Of a stretch of 64,000 nucleotides of DNA, positions 48,984 to 60,551 are shown piece by piece. The notes under the pieces were generated by a model. It saw only the letters and a program-made list of their open reading frames with translations. It searched no databases and was not told the DNA's origin. Origin of the DNA: Podarcis liolepis (lineage: Eukaryota). Position 1 is the first letter of the stretch. Every line of letters begins with the position of its first letter. Made by a program: the position numbers and the translations under genes. The DNA is taken from NCBI GenBank assembly GCA_965112155.1, contig OZ218104.1. One strand, written 5' to 3'.

Positions 48984-50685
48984 AACCCTGGAGGGCTACT
49001 GCTGCCGGTCAGCGAACATTATATTAATTCACTTATGGAACTTGCAAACTGCCCTTCATTAAAACAGATCCCAGGCTGGTTCACAAAGATCCTCTTAAGG
49101 CATCAATGCAACACATTATGTTAAACATTATGAAACTGACATCCAAAACAAACTGATTGACATTTCTAAAAAAATCCTCATAAAGAAGAAAGCAGAATAC
49201 AGCCATTCATAACCTAAGGATCTTAATAAGGCCAACTAAATCCCACCAAAGGCTGGGGTAAATTGTCCTGATGGTCTGACTTGATATAGGCCCATTTCCT
49301 CTGCTCCTAAAAATTAACCACTGGCCTTTGGCATATATTTGAAATGAAAAACAAAGCTCTCTTCCCCTGCCCCAGCCTGCCTGGGAAAACCAGTAGCAGA
49401 AGGCAGTCAAGAAGGAGCAAGATCACATAATTGTCTGTTTTCTCAACTGATCCTCCAGCAAGCAAACTGCAGGAGGAGGAATTCTGAGACACAATGGCCA
49501 GGTGAGTAAGTTTATGGGGCTGAGCTCTTCCCGATAATGCTTATCTCACCCCCATCCCACTGCCATGCTTCAAAGGGGTTTGCAAATATCTCCTAAGCCC
49601 CAGAGATCTCCCAGTGAAGCAATGGGGCAGGGGGTGGGGTGGGGAGGTGGTGACAGAGGATAAGCAGGCCCAGGGTAGAAAGAAGGCCTCCATCTGACTC
49701 GGCCAAGATTGGGTCTGCATTTTACAAGCTAAAGCCCAAGGAGGCAGGAGAGGAGAATTGATCACCATCCCTGAAAAATTAAGAGTGTTCAGGGCTTAGC
49801 TTGAGCCAGCATGCAGCCCAAAAAAGATTATGTGTAGCCTCTGAGCATGTGCAGTGTACCATTTCTACACACATTTCTGTCCATCCTGACAAGCAAGGGG
49901 CCTGATCCAAGTTCAAGGGCACATTCCAGACAGGCAAAAACACTTAAGCAGGATGTGAACCTGGGCCAGTGAGGGGCATGACTTCAGAAGGCTAGACGGA
50001 AAGCTCTGTAGGGCCACATTCGCTTCCCACTGCTGCTGTAGGGAGATGGGATGTGGCTGTTTGGAGTGAACAGGAATGAAGTGTGAGTGGGGCAGGGCAG
50101 GCACCTCCAAACTGCACCTGGCTCATTCCCTGTCCTCAGAAGAGATGTGCCCAGAAGGGTGAGACTCTGCTAGTCTGTTGTAGCAAAATTCAAAAGGAAC
50201 ATTGTGGCATCTTAAAAACACACCAGTTTCATTATGGAAGAGTGGTCACTTTTGTTCGCTGCATTAATGATGTCCTCAGCTGGCAGATGTATCTACGCCT
50301 GCATAGACAGATATAAGACCAGCCTTCTAGAACCTGGTGCCCTCCACTGTTTGGAGGACAACTCTCCTCACCCCCAGCTAGCATGGCCACACCTCCAAAA
50401 GGGCCCTGGGAGTCTTTTGAGAGAGGTCTTGCTTGCTTCTTGTGCCATATGCACACTTCTTTTATCCTGCTGACACTTTTGTCAGCATTCAAATAGACTC
50501 TGCAGATTTTCGAATCCACACAAAACCTGCCCCTTTCCATAGGCGCCGACTCCATGGGGCTTGAGGGGGCCCGAGCCCCCTCAAAAATTCGTTTGGGGGG
50601 GCTCAGCCCCCCCAATAATCTCGGGCGGCGGTGGGCGCGTCCGCGGCTTTTATACGGCGCCCGTGCACCGCCGACGCTGTGGCTG

Positions 50686-50855
50686 CCCGAGCCCGAGCCT
50701 GAGCCTGAGCCCGATCCGGAGCCCGACCCCGAGCCCGACCCGGAGCCCGAGCCCGACCCGGAGCCCGAGCCCGAGCCCGACCCGGAGCCCGAGCCCGAGC
50801 CTGAGCCTGAGCCCGAGCCCAAGCCCGTCAGTCAGTCAGTCAGTCAGTCAGTCAG
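50686..50855. repeat. Hexamer minisatellite (gagccc/gagcct/gacccg variants) followed by (CAGT)n, inside the hAT element
   Basis: Directly visible tandem arrays. Confidence 0.95.
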
Positions 50856-51239
50856 GAAGGAGAAATGGGGAGGGAGACGAGGGAGGAAAATTGCGCGCAG
50901 GGTGAAGAAAGGAGAAGGGCGAACGAGACGAGCTTCCAACCCCAAAAAGGGCTGGAAGACTGGGAGGATGCAGGATCAGGAAAGAAAGCGACGCCTTCCC
51001 CGCCCGCGACGTCGCCCGCTTGGCGCAGGGCCGCTCCGCAGCCGCAGAGGACAGCTGCGCGGCTAGCAAGGTGCGCCGCGTAGAGCGCGGCCCTTGTGTG
51101 GCCCGGTGGCCAGGCAAGCTCGGGCGGGGACCCCCATGCAAATCTAAGACGGAGAAGAGGGCAGAGCAAAGGGGGTCCCTTCCCCAACCTCCGGCTCTGA
51201 GACTTCCCTGCGCCCCAGAAAAGCGAAAGGATTTTCTCT

Positions 51240-52257
51240 CTTTTTTATATATATAAATATTTTATTAAGTTTTCAAATACAAAGTTAGAAACATACACTG
51301 AAGAAAAAAGTAAAAGAACAAGAAAAAGAAAAAAAGAAAAAGAAGAAAAGAAAACCAACCATTCAACACATTTTTTATATAACTAACTGGACTTCCTCGC
51401 ATCTCCCTTACCCTGCATTCTTTATAATAAAGATATCAGCAAATTATTACCTTGTTTCGTACCTTATTTTGTACTTTTCAAATACTATACCTCTAAATTT
51501 AACATACTTTTCATCAGTTACTTATATCTTAAATTAAACATAGTATTACCTTAGATTTTGACCTTTTCTTACATAAAATATAATTTCCTGTTTCCCAAAT
51601 CTAATTGCTGAAGCTATAGTTTCCGAATCATGTAAATTTTTAACATTCATACAACTTATATTGTTTTTGTAAATAGTCCTTAAATTTTTTCCAGTCCTCT
51701 TCCGTTGTTTCTTCTCCCAAATCTCGGATTCTGCCAGTCATTTCAGCCAGTTCCATGTAGTCCATCAATTGCGTCTGCCACTCTTCCAGTGTGGGCAAAT
51801 CTTGTGTCTTCCAATATTTTGCGATAAGTATTCTTGCTGCTGTAGTTGCATACATAAAGAAAGTTCTATCCTTCTTTAACACTTTCTGGCCAACAATGCC
51901 CAAGAGGAAGGCCTCTGGTTTCTTGGGAAAGGTATACTTAAATACCTTTTTTAACTCATTATAGATCATTTCCCAGAAGGCCTTCACTTTTGGACAAGTC
52001 CACCAGAGGTGAAAGAATGTCCCTTCAGCCTCCTTACATTTCCAACATTTATTATCAGACAGGTGATATATTTTTGCAAGCTTGACTGGGGTCATGTACC
52101 ACCTATAAATCATTTTCATAATATTTTCCTTCAAGGCATTACATGCCGTGAATTTCATTCCGGTGGTCCATAACCTTTCCCAGTCCTCAAACATGATGTT
52201 ATACCCAATATCCTGAGCCCATTTTATCATGGCTGATTTGACTGTCTCATCCTGAGT
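51240..52257 (-). mobile_element. 5'-truncated L1-clade LINE (ORF2 C-terminus with zf-RVT CCHC, 3' UTR, A-tail)
   Basis: Uninterrupted frame ending at 51640 with CWKC..GTFFHLWWTCP; AATAAA and A-tail on -; 10-bp TSD GATTTTCTCT (51230-51239 and 52258-52267). Confidence 0.92.
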
Positions 52258-53028
52258 GATTTTCTCTTCAACCTGCCCTCCATCCTCTTGCAGAAAACTC
52301 TTTGCCTGCCCTGCCCGTATCTCGTTTTTGCTTTTTAATTCCACACACGCACCCTTCGGACTTCGTGGCAATCGGGCGCGCGGGTACGTTTCCTAAGAGA
52401 GTGAGGACCCCCGCCTCCTCCCCACTTGCTCCCTCGCCAGCCAGCCAGCCGCGCGCCCTAGCCGGAGAGCCCCGGCCGTCCCCGTCGCGCAATCAGCTGG
52501 ATCTCCCTTCAGCAGGCCGTGCTCACAACTCGGCCCAGGGACCCCCAGCAGCGGATCTCCGGCTCAGCTGAAGAATCCGGCAACAAGCCCCCTCCTCCCC
52601 AATCGCTCCACCGAAATACGCTCCAAAACCCCCCAGATAGGCTGCTGGCCGCCAAGTCTAGTGGCGCCCTGAGCGAGGGTCTCTCCCCAACACCGCCACC
52701 TCGAACTGCGTTCTCCCGGCTACCCGAGCGAACCAGCGGCAGGACCCCGGTATGGGCCCCCCCAATATTTTTTATAAGTCGGCGCCCCTGCCCCTTTCCC
52801 CAAAATAAATCTACTCACTCAAGTGGGATAAGTGCACAGACAACGGCAGCTGCTTTGGGAAACAAAACCCCTCTTGCCTGCTTTGTGAAGGGCTGTGGTT
52901 CAATGGCTAGAGTATCTGCTTTGCTGGCAGATGGTCCCTGGTTCAATCCCCTCTCCAGAATCTCCAGGTAGGGCTAGAAAAAATTCCTTGCTTGACAACC
53001 TGGGAAGCCGTTGCCAGTCAGTGTAGAC

Positions 53029-53245
53029 CAGGGGTCAGCAATCTTTTCCAGCTGTGGGCCGGCCCACCGTCCCTCAGACCATGTGGTGGGCCGGACTATA
53101 TGAGGGGGGGGAGATGAAGGAATTCCTATGCCCCTCAAATAACCCAGAGGTGCATTTTAAATAAAAGGACACATTCTACTCATGTAAAATCACGCTGATT
53201 CCCGGACTGCATCCGGCCCCGGGGGCCTTAGGTTGCCTACCCATG
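53029..53245. mobile_element. hAT (Charlie-like) MITE
   Basis: caggggtcagcaa...ttgcctacccatg with exact 8-bp TSD GTGTAGAC. Confidence 0.88.
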
Positions 53246-53559
53246 GTGTAGACAATACCGAGCCAATGCTCTGGTACACGTAGCCTATACTGTATTCTTG
53301 TGCCTCTGAATAACCATTGCTGGGGTAATTTGGAGAGACTCTTCTTGCCCTCCTGCCCTGTTTGTGGGCTCCTGGTTGTCGCCTAGGCTTGTGAAAGCCT
53401 GGATGGGCTTTTGCTCTGACCCAGCAGGGCTCTACTTCAGACGTGGCAGATAAAGCCCCGCTGCTGTGCTGAGCGAGCCCTGGACTACTGCCCTGACTGC
53501 ACCGTACCGTGTAGGGACCAAGGGGCCGACGTGCTTTTCATTTAAGCGAGGGGTGGCGG

Positions 53560-54240
53560 GAGAAGCTGTCCTCGCCTAGCCGGAGTTTGGACACCTTAAC
53601 CTTGGAAGCTAGCGGGAGGATTCAAGGTGATCCCCTCCTCTGCCCCGAGCGAGCCCGCCGCGGGGCTTCCCCGGCGTCGTGGTCGCGGCCGCCCCTTGGG
53701 CTTTGCACCTGCCGCGGGGAGGGCGGCCCCGACGGAGGCGGCCAAGGACGGCCCCTCGGCCGGCGGTTGGCTCGGCGGGAAGCCCATGCTAATGAGCCCG
53801 CGGGTTTATTGCACCTGCCCGGTCGGCTCGCTCCGCCGGGACTCTCCGCTCGCCATGCCGCGCTCCTTCTTGGTCAAGAAGCCCTCCAGCACTCGCGTCC
53901 CCAACTACGGCCAGCTGGAGACGCGCCGCCAAGGTAAGGAAGGGCGAAATGGTTTGCGCCCAGGGCGCACGGCGCGCTTTGGAAAGCTAAGCGGCAGTGA
54001 GCGCGCTGCCCACGACGGGTCCTTCCAGCTTTCCCTTCTCGCAGCTCTCCTCGAGCGCTTTTCCTTGCCCCGACCCCCTGTCTATGGAGTGGGCTGTCTC
54101 CCTTCCCTCTCCACATTTTTATCTCCGACCGGCTTCCTTTTGCGCTTCAAACTCCGAGCGGCGCGCTCTTGCGCTTGTTTACTCAGAAGGCAGCTCCGCA
54201 GGGGCTTTGTCCCAATTACGCCCGCCTAGGTTGCGTGATG
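53560..54240 (+). promoter_or_regulatory. SNAI3 CpG island/promoter with two TTGCACCTGCC E-boxes
   Basis: High CpG density around exon 1; identical 11-mers at 53703-53713 and 53809-53819; ATGCTAAT motif near 53786. Confidence 0.75.
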
Positions 54241-57200
54241 GGGACTGGTTTTTAGAGTCCTTTTTGCTGCTTAAAGTGCGCTTGGAAATAGGAAACTAAT
54301 TTGCAGCACAAAGTAAGTTCCTTTGACTCTCTAGTAAGTGTGTTTCAGACTGTGGCCTTCGTTTTTACCCGGCTGCTTTTTTCTTAACGTGTTGGGGAGG
54401 GGGCCCGCGCGCGGTTTTTAAAAGGGGTTTATTTCCCCTCACCCACCCCATCTGAGTTCTCAAGTACTGTATAATAAATACATTAGGGTTGCTTTTTAAA
54501 AAAAAAATGAAGTTAATCTAGCAGCGATTATTTCTCCATTCTATCTCACATTTCTATGTATGCAATTGCCGTTATTCCTTGTAGAATGGAAAATGCCCAT
54601 AGGCAGCTTGGAGGGAAAATATACAGTTTTAAAAATAATACGAATGTAACATCGTAGGCCAAATATCAACAGCCAGACCTCACTCAACAAGAAAGCCTGA
54701 ATAAATGCAACATTTAAATTCAGAAAGAGGAATCTAAATCTACGAAATTAAAGCCAACAGTGGAGAGAATATGTTAACCCCAGGACACTAAAAAGTGTTT
54801 CTGCTGTAAATACTGTTAAACTGCTAAGATTATTTTTAAAAGAAAATGGGTGGGGAGTGCCTAATATTTGCCCAGCCCCAGAAATCCATAGAGTGGATGC
54901 CAGGGCAAAAGGAGGTTTTCCTTCTCGCTGCCAGACACACTTCAGTACATGATTATACGAGAATGTCTACTTGGTGAGTTTCGGAGTCATTTATCCTGTA
55001 CCTTTGTCACATCAAAATAGCTTCCCTGGGCGTGTGGTGTAGTTGGCTACGTGGTGTCAAAAGTTTCCACACAGCTAGTGGCATCTATTGGCAACTGAAC
55101 GTTCTGTATTGTGCATAAATAAGACGCATGGAAAGGTTGGGCAACATGTCACAGCATTGGTGTGAAAAACCTGCTGTGCTGTCATGGGGTGAGGTGGGGG
55201 CTGTTCCCAGGGTCCTCCTTGTGGTAAAGTGTGATGTGTAAAAGGGGGCCTGGAGGGCAGATTTCACTCAAACAGCAACTTTTCCAGGTTAGGTAGCCAG
55301 GGTCCCTCTACCCTTGCATTGAACCCTTTTGTACACAGATAAAGAATGCCAAGATTAGGAGGTGGCATGCAGATATTTTAAAAATGCCAAGTGTTGCCTC
55401 TTTGGGACAGGATAGTATTTGCTTTATGGTATTCATAAGGGTGAGCTCAATAATAATCTCGTGAGCGTCTTGGCACTTCAACGCAAGGCTCAAATGTGGA
55501 TCCCCCACCCCCTTACACACTTCTTGGAAGCTCATTTTGCAAAATGAAACTTATTAAGTTAACCACTATGGCAACATGGTTGCAACAGGTAGCATCTCTC
55601 TGAATGCATTCTATTATATGTTTTATTTGTTAAAAATAATGCTTCCAGGTTACCTTGGGGTCTGGTGTACTGATTCCAGTGCTTGATACATGGCACTGTG
55701 GGCAAATTGTGTTTCTGCGGTGTTTGCACCCGTATGACGCGTGTTTTACTGGAACTGTGTGTACACCGCATGTGCATATTGCAGTGTTTTGAGTGCATAA
55801 TGCAAAATGTTTGAGTGAGGCAGCCTCGAGGAGAGACTTCTATGCAACTGTTTATAATACTGGAAAGGAGTTTAATTAAACTATGGAACTCACTACCACA
55901 AGAGGCAGTGATGGGCAACAACCTAGACAGCTTTAAAACAGGATTAGACAAATTAATGGAGGAAGGAAAGGCTATCAATGGCTACCAGCCATGATGACTA
56001 TCCTCTGCCTCCACAATTGGAAGCAGCAAAGTTTCTGAATGCCAGCTACTGGAAGCCACAGGAGTGGAGAAGGCTCTTGTGCTTGGATCCTGCTGAGGGG
56101 CTTCATGGAGGCATCTGGGTGGCCACTGTGGGAACAGGATGCTGGACTAGATGGACCATTGGCCTGATCCTGCAGGCTCTTCTTATATTCTTATGCTTCT
56201 TTGTTAAAACCAACTATTTTATTTACTTCTTTTTCTATATCACCCTTCAGGAACAAAAATACAGTAGATTATATTTTCTAAAAGAATCTCAATAAAACAA
56301 TTGCAAATTATTAAAAACTAGCGATCCAACAGCAACGACACAGAATGATACAATCACAAGGGCCAGGCCACGAAGTCGGATCCAACAACACAATTAATTT
56401 CTGTAAGCCAAGATACAAAGAGGCCTGTTTGAAAAGTTCCAGGTATGGAGCCTGCCTAACATTTCATGCCTGCCTGTTTGCCAGCCTGACATCCTTCTCT
56501 GGTGGGCATCTGAACCGGGCTTCAGACACAGGGAATGAACAATTTTCCAAAATATGAAGGGTAGGCATGTTGTCTGGTTTCTGAGGAACAATGGCTGCTT
56601 TTTATTTACTTGTTTTGTGTGTCTCCCCCCAGAATCCAGTGGATTGTGCCACTCCTGGAGAGGGGCAGCATTCCCTATCCTCAGTCAAGATGGCACGCCT
56701 TGTCCGGCAGCCCCCTATGAAGCTGGTAGCCTCTGGGACCACAATTCTGCCATTGCCTGCCTGTCCCCGCCTCTCCCACAGAGCAGTGAAGCCAAAGGGG
56801 AGCCCACATCGAGCTCCCAAGTGGGTTCTGGGAGCAGCCCTGGAGGAAGCTGGGGCTCTGCCACCCCTCTGCGTGATAACCAGAACAACCTCAATCTCCC
56901 GTTGGCATTCAGCCTGTTCCAAAGGAGGACTCCCAACCTGGGCAGCCCAGCAGAGGGAAATGGAGACAAACTGCAGGGGCCACAAGGCATAGCTGCTGAC
57001 CCCCTGGAGACGTTTGAGTGTCCGGACTGCCGCAAGGCCTACAGCACCTTCTCAGGCCTGGCCCGACACAGGCAGCAGCGCTGCAAGCTGCAGGCAACCA
57101 CGGCAAGGAAGTATTTCAACTGCAAGCACTGCGACAAGGAGTACGCCAGCCTGGGCGCCCTCAAGATGCACATCCGCACCCACACGCTGCCTTGTATGTG

Positions 57201-59615
57201 CAAGATCTGTGGTAAAGCCTTCTCCCGGCCCTGGCTGCTGCAGGGGCATATCCGGACACACACAGGTAGGGGGCAACCTTGAGGAAGGGGGCAAATGTGC
57301 ATGGAAAAGAAGGGAGAGAAAGGTGGGGGGAGGTTTGGAGAACACTTGCATTTTGGTGTGGCTGGGGGGAACTGTTGGGCCCTCACACTCTGCTGTGATA
57401 AATGTTGCCTCTGATGTTGGTGCAAGGAGGTTCTATTTATTTCTTCTACTTGCTATTCATTATTTATTGAATGTAATTCCTCCCCAAGGACCCTAGGGCA
57501 GCATGCAGGTACACTATTTAAAAACAAAGCAGAAAGATTCTAAAACAGTTGAAACATTTTGAAAACAATTAAAATTAAAAACAGTTTCAGTTAAAAGCAT
57601 TTTCCAAAAGCAATTGCCGTTAAAGACATTATTCTATCCAACGATCACAAGGTTGCCAGGAATACTATTTTTCAGCCTGCAAATGCCTTGGTATGTTTTC
57701 AAATTCTTCCTGAAGTTAGTAATGATGGAGACAGCCGTACTTTACTAGGGAGGGCATTCTACAACTAGGGAACCATCACTGAAAAGACCCTGTCATGGGT
57801 CAATGCCAACCGGGCAGCCTCACCTGCCTGTTGTAGGATCCAAGTTGGTTGGCACTGTATATAGGCCACCCAATTCCAAATTTTATCCTCCCAGTAACCC
57901 TATATGGAAGGCAAGAGTGAGTTGGTCAGTGACCCAAGCTCACCCAATGAGCTTCACTAGGTCTCCCTTGTCCGGGTCTGAGATTCTAACCATTCCACCA
58001 GCCTTCTCCTGAAATGCACTCTGCGCATGTTCAGAGAGGCACTCATCTTGTTAAGTCACCTGAACCAGCGCTCAACTCTGGATTTGTAAATGGGTTCTGG
58101 GCCGAAGCTGGAGTGAACCTCAACCTTAATTAAGCTCTGACTTAATTGGGATGGATAACTCGGGGTGTTCTTTTTCATAGCATTGTCCACCTATTTTCTC
58201 AGTGTGCAAGTGGAATTTGCTATACAAAGAAACACGTACAAGAGCCTTTGCCTCACTGTTTTTGAAAATTCCTGTTAAATTGAACCTCCCCCTCCAGAGG
58301 CAGTGTACCTCTGAATACCAGTTGCTGGGGGAACAAACCGCAACTGCAAGCTGTTGCTACCAGGACTTGCTTTGTCCCTCCACTACCTGGCTGGCTACTT
58401 CTGGGAACAGACTGTTAGGCTGGAGGGTTCTTTGCTCTGATCCAGCAGGGCACTTTTTATGATTCACTGGGCAGAAGTGTATAAAGGGGAAAGGTCACCC
58501 AAGAGCAGCTGAGAACTGTTATGCTGGAGGGAACCTCATTCCAATCCAGCTGAGCCCGTCAGATGTTTTTATGTAAATACTGCGTCAGACTTGCATGAAT
58601 AACTCCAGTGTAGGGCATTGCCACTGAAGTTGTTCACGGCACAAGCTACGACTGAACAGCTGTGAGCCAGTGTGGCGTAGTGGTTAGAGTGTTGGGCTAA
58701 GACCTGGGAGACCAGGGTTCAAATCCCCACTCAGCTATGAAGCTCACTGGGTGACCTTGGGCCAGTCACTGTCTCTCAGCCTAAGCCCCCTCACAGGGTG
58801 GTTCTTTTGAGGATAAAATGAGGAGGAAAAGGAGACCTATGTATGTCAACCTGAGCTCACTGGATGAAGGAAGGTGGAACATAATTGTAAAAATAAATAT
58901 GTAAAGACTTTTCCTGGCCCCGTGAGATTGGACCCCTGCTATTATTAGATTTCTGCTTCATTTGTTTTTTTAATCTCTGTTTTTATGATACTGTTTTTAT
59001 GTCTGGGTTTTTGTAAGCTGTTTGGGTTTTTTTTTAAATAGTAAGCAGTTTAGCAATGTGTTTTCAATCAAAAATTTATAATAAAATAAAGTTTATTGTG
59101 AGAGAAAGTCACTGTGTCAAGCCCATCTTTGTTTTATATCAGGAATGGGAGGCCCAGTGGCTTCCAGATATTGTTAGACTCCAACTCCCATCAGCCCCAG
59201 CCATCATGGCCAATGGTTGGGGATGATGGAACAGGAGAGCTGTGCAGTGGCCTGAGAAAGAACAGTTAGTGGATACCCTAGCTGCCATCCTTGGGACCCC
59301 TGGAAAACTCACAAAGGCTGCTAAGCTTTGGGGCTGGATATGAGCCATGCAGCTGATTGAGTGCTGAATGAGAGGCAGTCTGAGGAAGCTCTGTCAAGCC
59401 CATAGATGCAAACCAAGGGTGAGACATGAGGGTGAGGTCAGCAGGTTCCAGGAACCCTCTTGGTTGTCCGATTTTGGAGGGGAGTGATCTGTGAGTTTGT
59501 TTGAGCCCTTGGTAAGAGCCAGGGTGGATGGGTGGAGTCCCAGGTGAGAGCCAGGAGGCTGCGAGGTTTTCATTGAGGAGATTGTGCCAGAAGGAAAAGG
59601 GAGAGGGAGAGAGAT

Positions 59616-59668
<53 letters not shown>

Positions 59669-60551
59669 GGTTATATTGTGTATTTTTGTAACATTTACTG
59701 CTCTAGTTTCCCGTACTAAAGTGGTATAGAAATGGTCTAAATCAGGGGTCAGCAAACTTTTTCAGCAGGGGGCCGGTCTACTGTCCCTCAGGCCTTGTGG
59801 GGGGCTGGACTACATTTTGTGGGGGGGGGGGGTGAACAAATTCCTATGCCCCACAAATAACCCAGAGATGCATTTTAAATAAAAGGACACATTCTACTCA
59901 TGTAAAAACATGCTGATTCCTGGACCGTCCACAGGCCGGGTTTAGAAAGTGATTGGGCCGGATCTGGCCCCTGGGCCTTAGTTTGCCTACCCATGGTTGA
60001 AATAAATAAAATGATGGGAGGGCCACAGGTTCTCCATCCTTGGGTACAGCCAGTGTGGTGTAATGGTTAGAGCATTGGACTAGGACCTGGGAGATCAGAG
60101 TTTGAATCCCCACTCAGCCATGAAGCTGGCTGGGCCAGCTGGACTACTGCAATGTACTGGGGGGGGGGGCTGCCCTTGGACCTGGTTTGGAAGCTCCAGC
60201 TCTGGTGCAGAATGTGCTGGCCAGGTGGGGCATCTAGATGACAACATGTGACTGTTGCTACAGCATCTTCACTGGCTGCCCATCTACTACCAAACCAGGT
60301 TCAAGGTCTTACAACAGCCCTGGCATTGCCTGCTCATCTGTCTTTCTTTCTGGCCTCCCTTTCCAGGTGAAAAGCCCTACGCCTGTTCGCACTGCAGCCG
60401 AGCCTTTGCCGACCGCTCCAACCTCCGCGCCCACCTGCAGACCCATTCCGACATCAAGAAATACCAGTGCCACACCTGCCTGAAGACCTTCTCCCGGATG
60501 TCCCTGCTCCTGAGGCATGAGGAGACGGCCTGCTGCCCTGCTGCAACCTGA
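53855..60551 (+). CDS. SNAI3: Snail family zinc-finger transcriptional repressor 3 (3 exons, 298 aa)
   Basis: Exons 53855-53933 ([18 protein letters not shown]), 56633-57265 (fingers incl. [21 protein letters not shown] and [21 protein letters not shown]), 60367-60551 ([21 protein letters not shown]; terminal C2HC finger; TGA). 897 nt in frame. Paralogue assigned from the RVPNY N-terminus and position next to RNF166. Confidence 0.93.
59617..59668. repeat. (GATA)n microsatellite
   Basis: Tetranucleotide run in SNAI3 intron 2. Confidence 0.95.
59743..59995. mobile_element. hAT MITE, same family as 53029-53245
   Basis: Same termini and shared internal sequence; degraded TSD gtctaaat/gttgaaat. 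Confidence 0.85.

Larger units (their letters stand above)
50538..52790. mobile_element. Non-autonomous hAT-type DNA element (about 1.2 kb of own sequence) carrying a nested L1
   Basis: TIRs CATAGGCGCCGACT / AGTCGGCGCCCCTG, exact 8-bp TSD CCCCTTTC (50530-50537 and 52791-52798), subterminal gggggc..gccccc palindromes, CpG-rich body. Confidence 0.9.

Noticed and set aside
49380-49510. Strong donor CAG|GTGAGT after ATGGCC
   Set aside because: No partner exons or other support; cannot call a lncRNA or coding exon from sequence alone.
50232-51066. (GS)n and (PE/PD)n ORFs; array superficially CRISPR-like
   Set aside because: Translations of a hexamer minisatellite inside a hAT element; no unique spacers, and the DNA is eukaryotic.
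51640-52371. 243-aa ORF as a hAT-L1 fusion gene
   Set aside because: Non-ATG start; the first 38 or so codons are chance read-through past the L1 truncation point.
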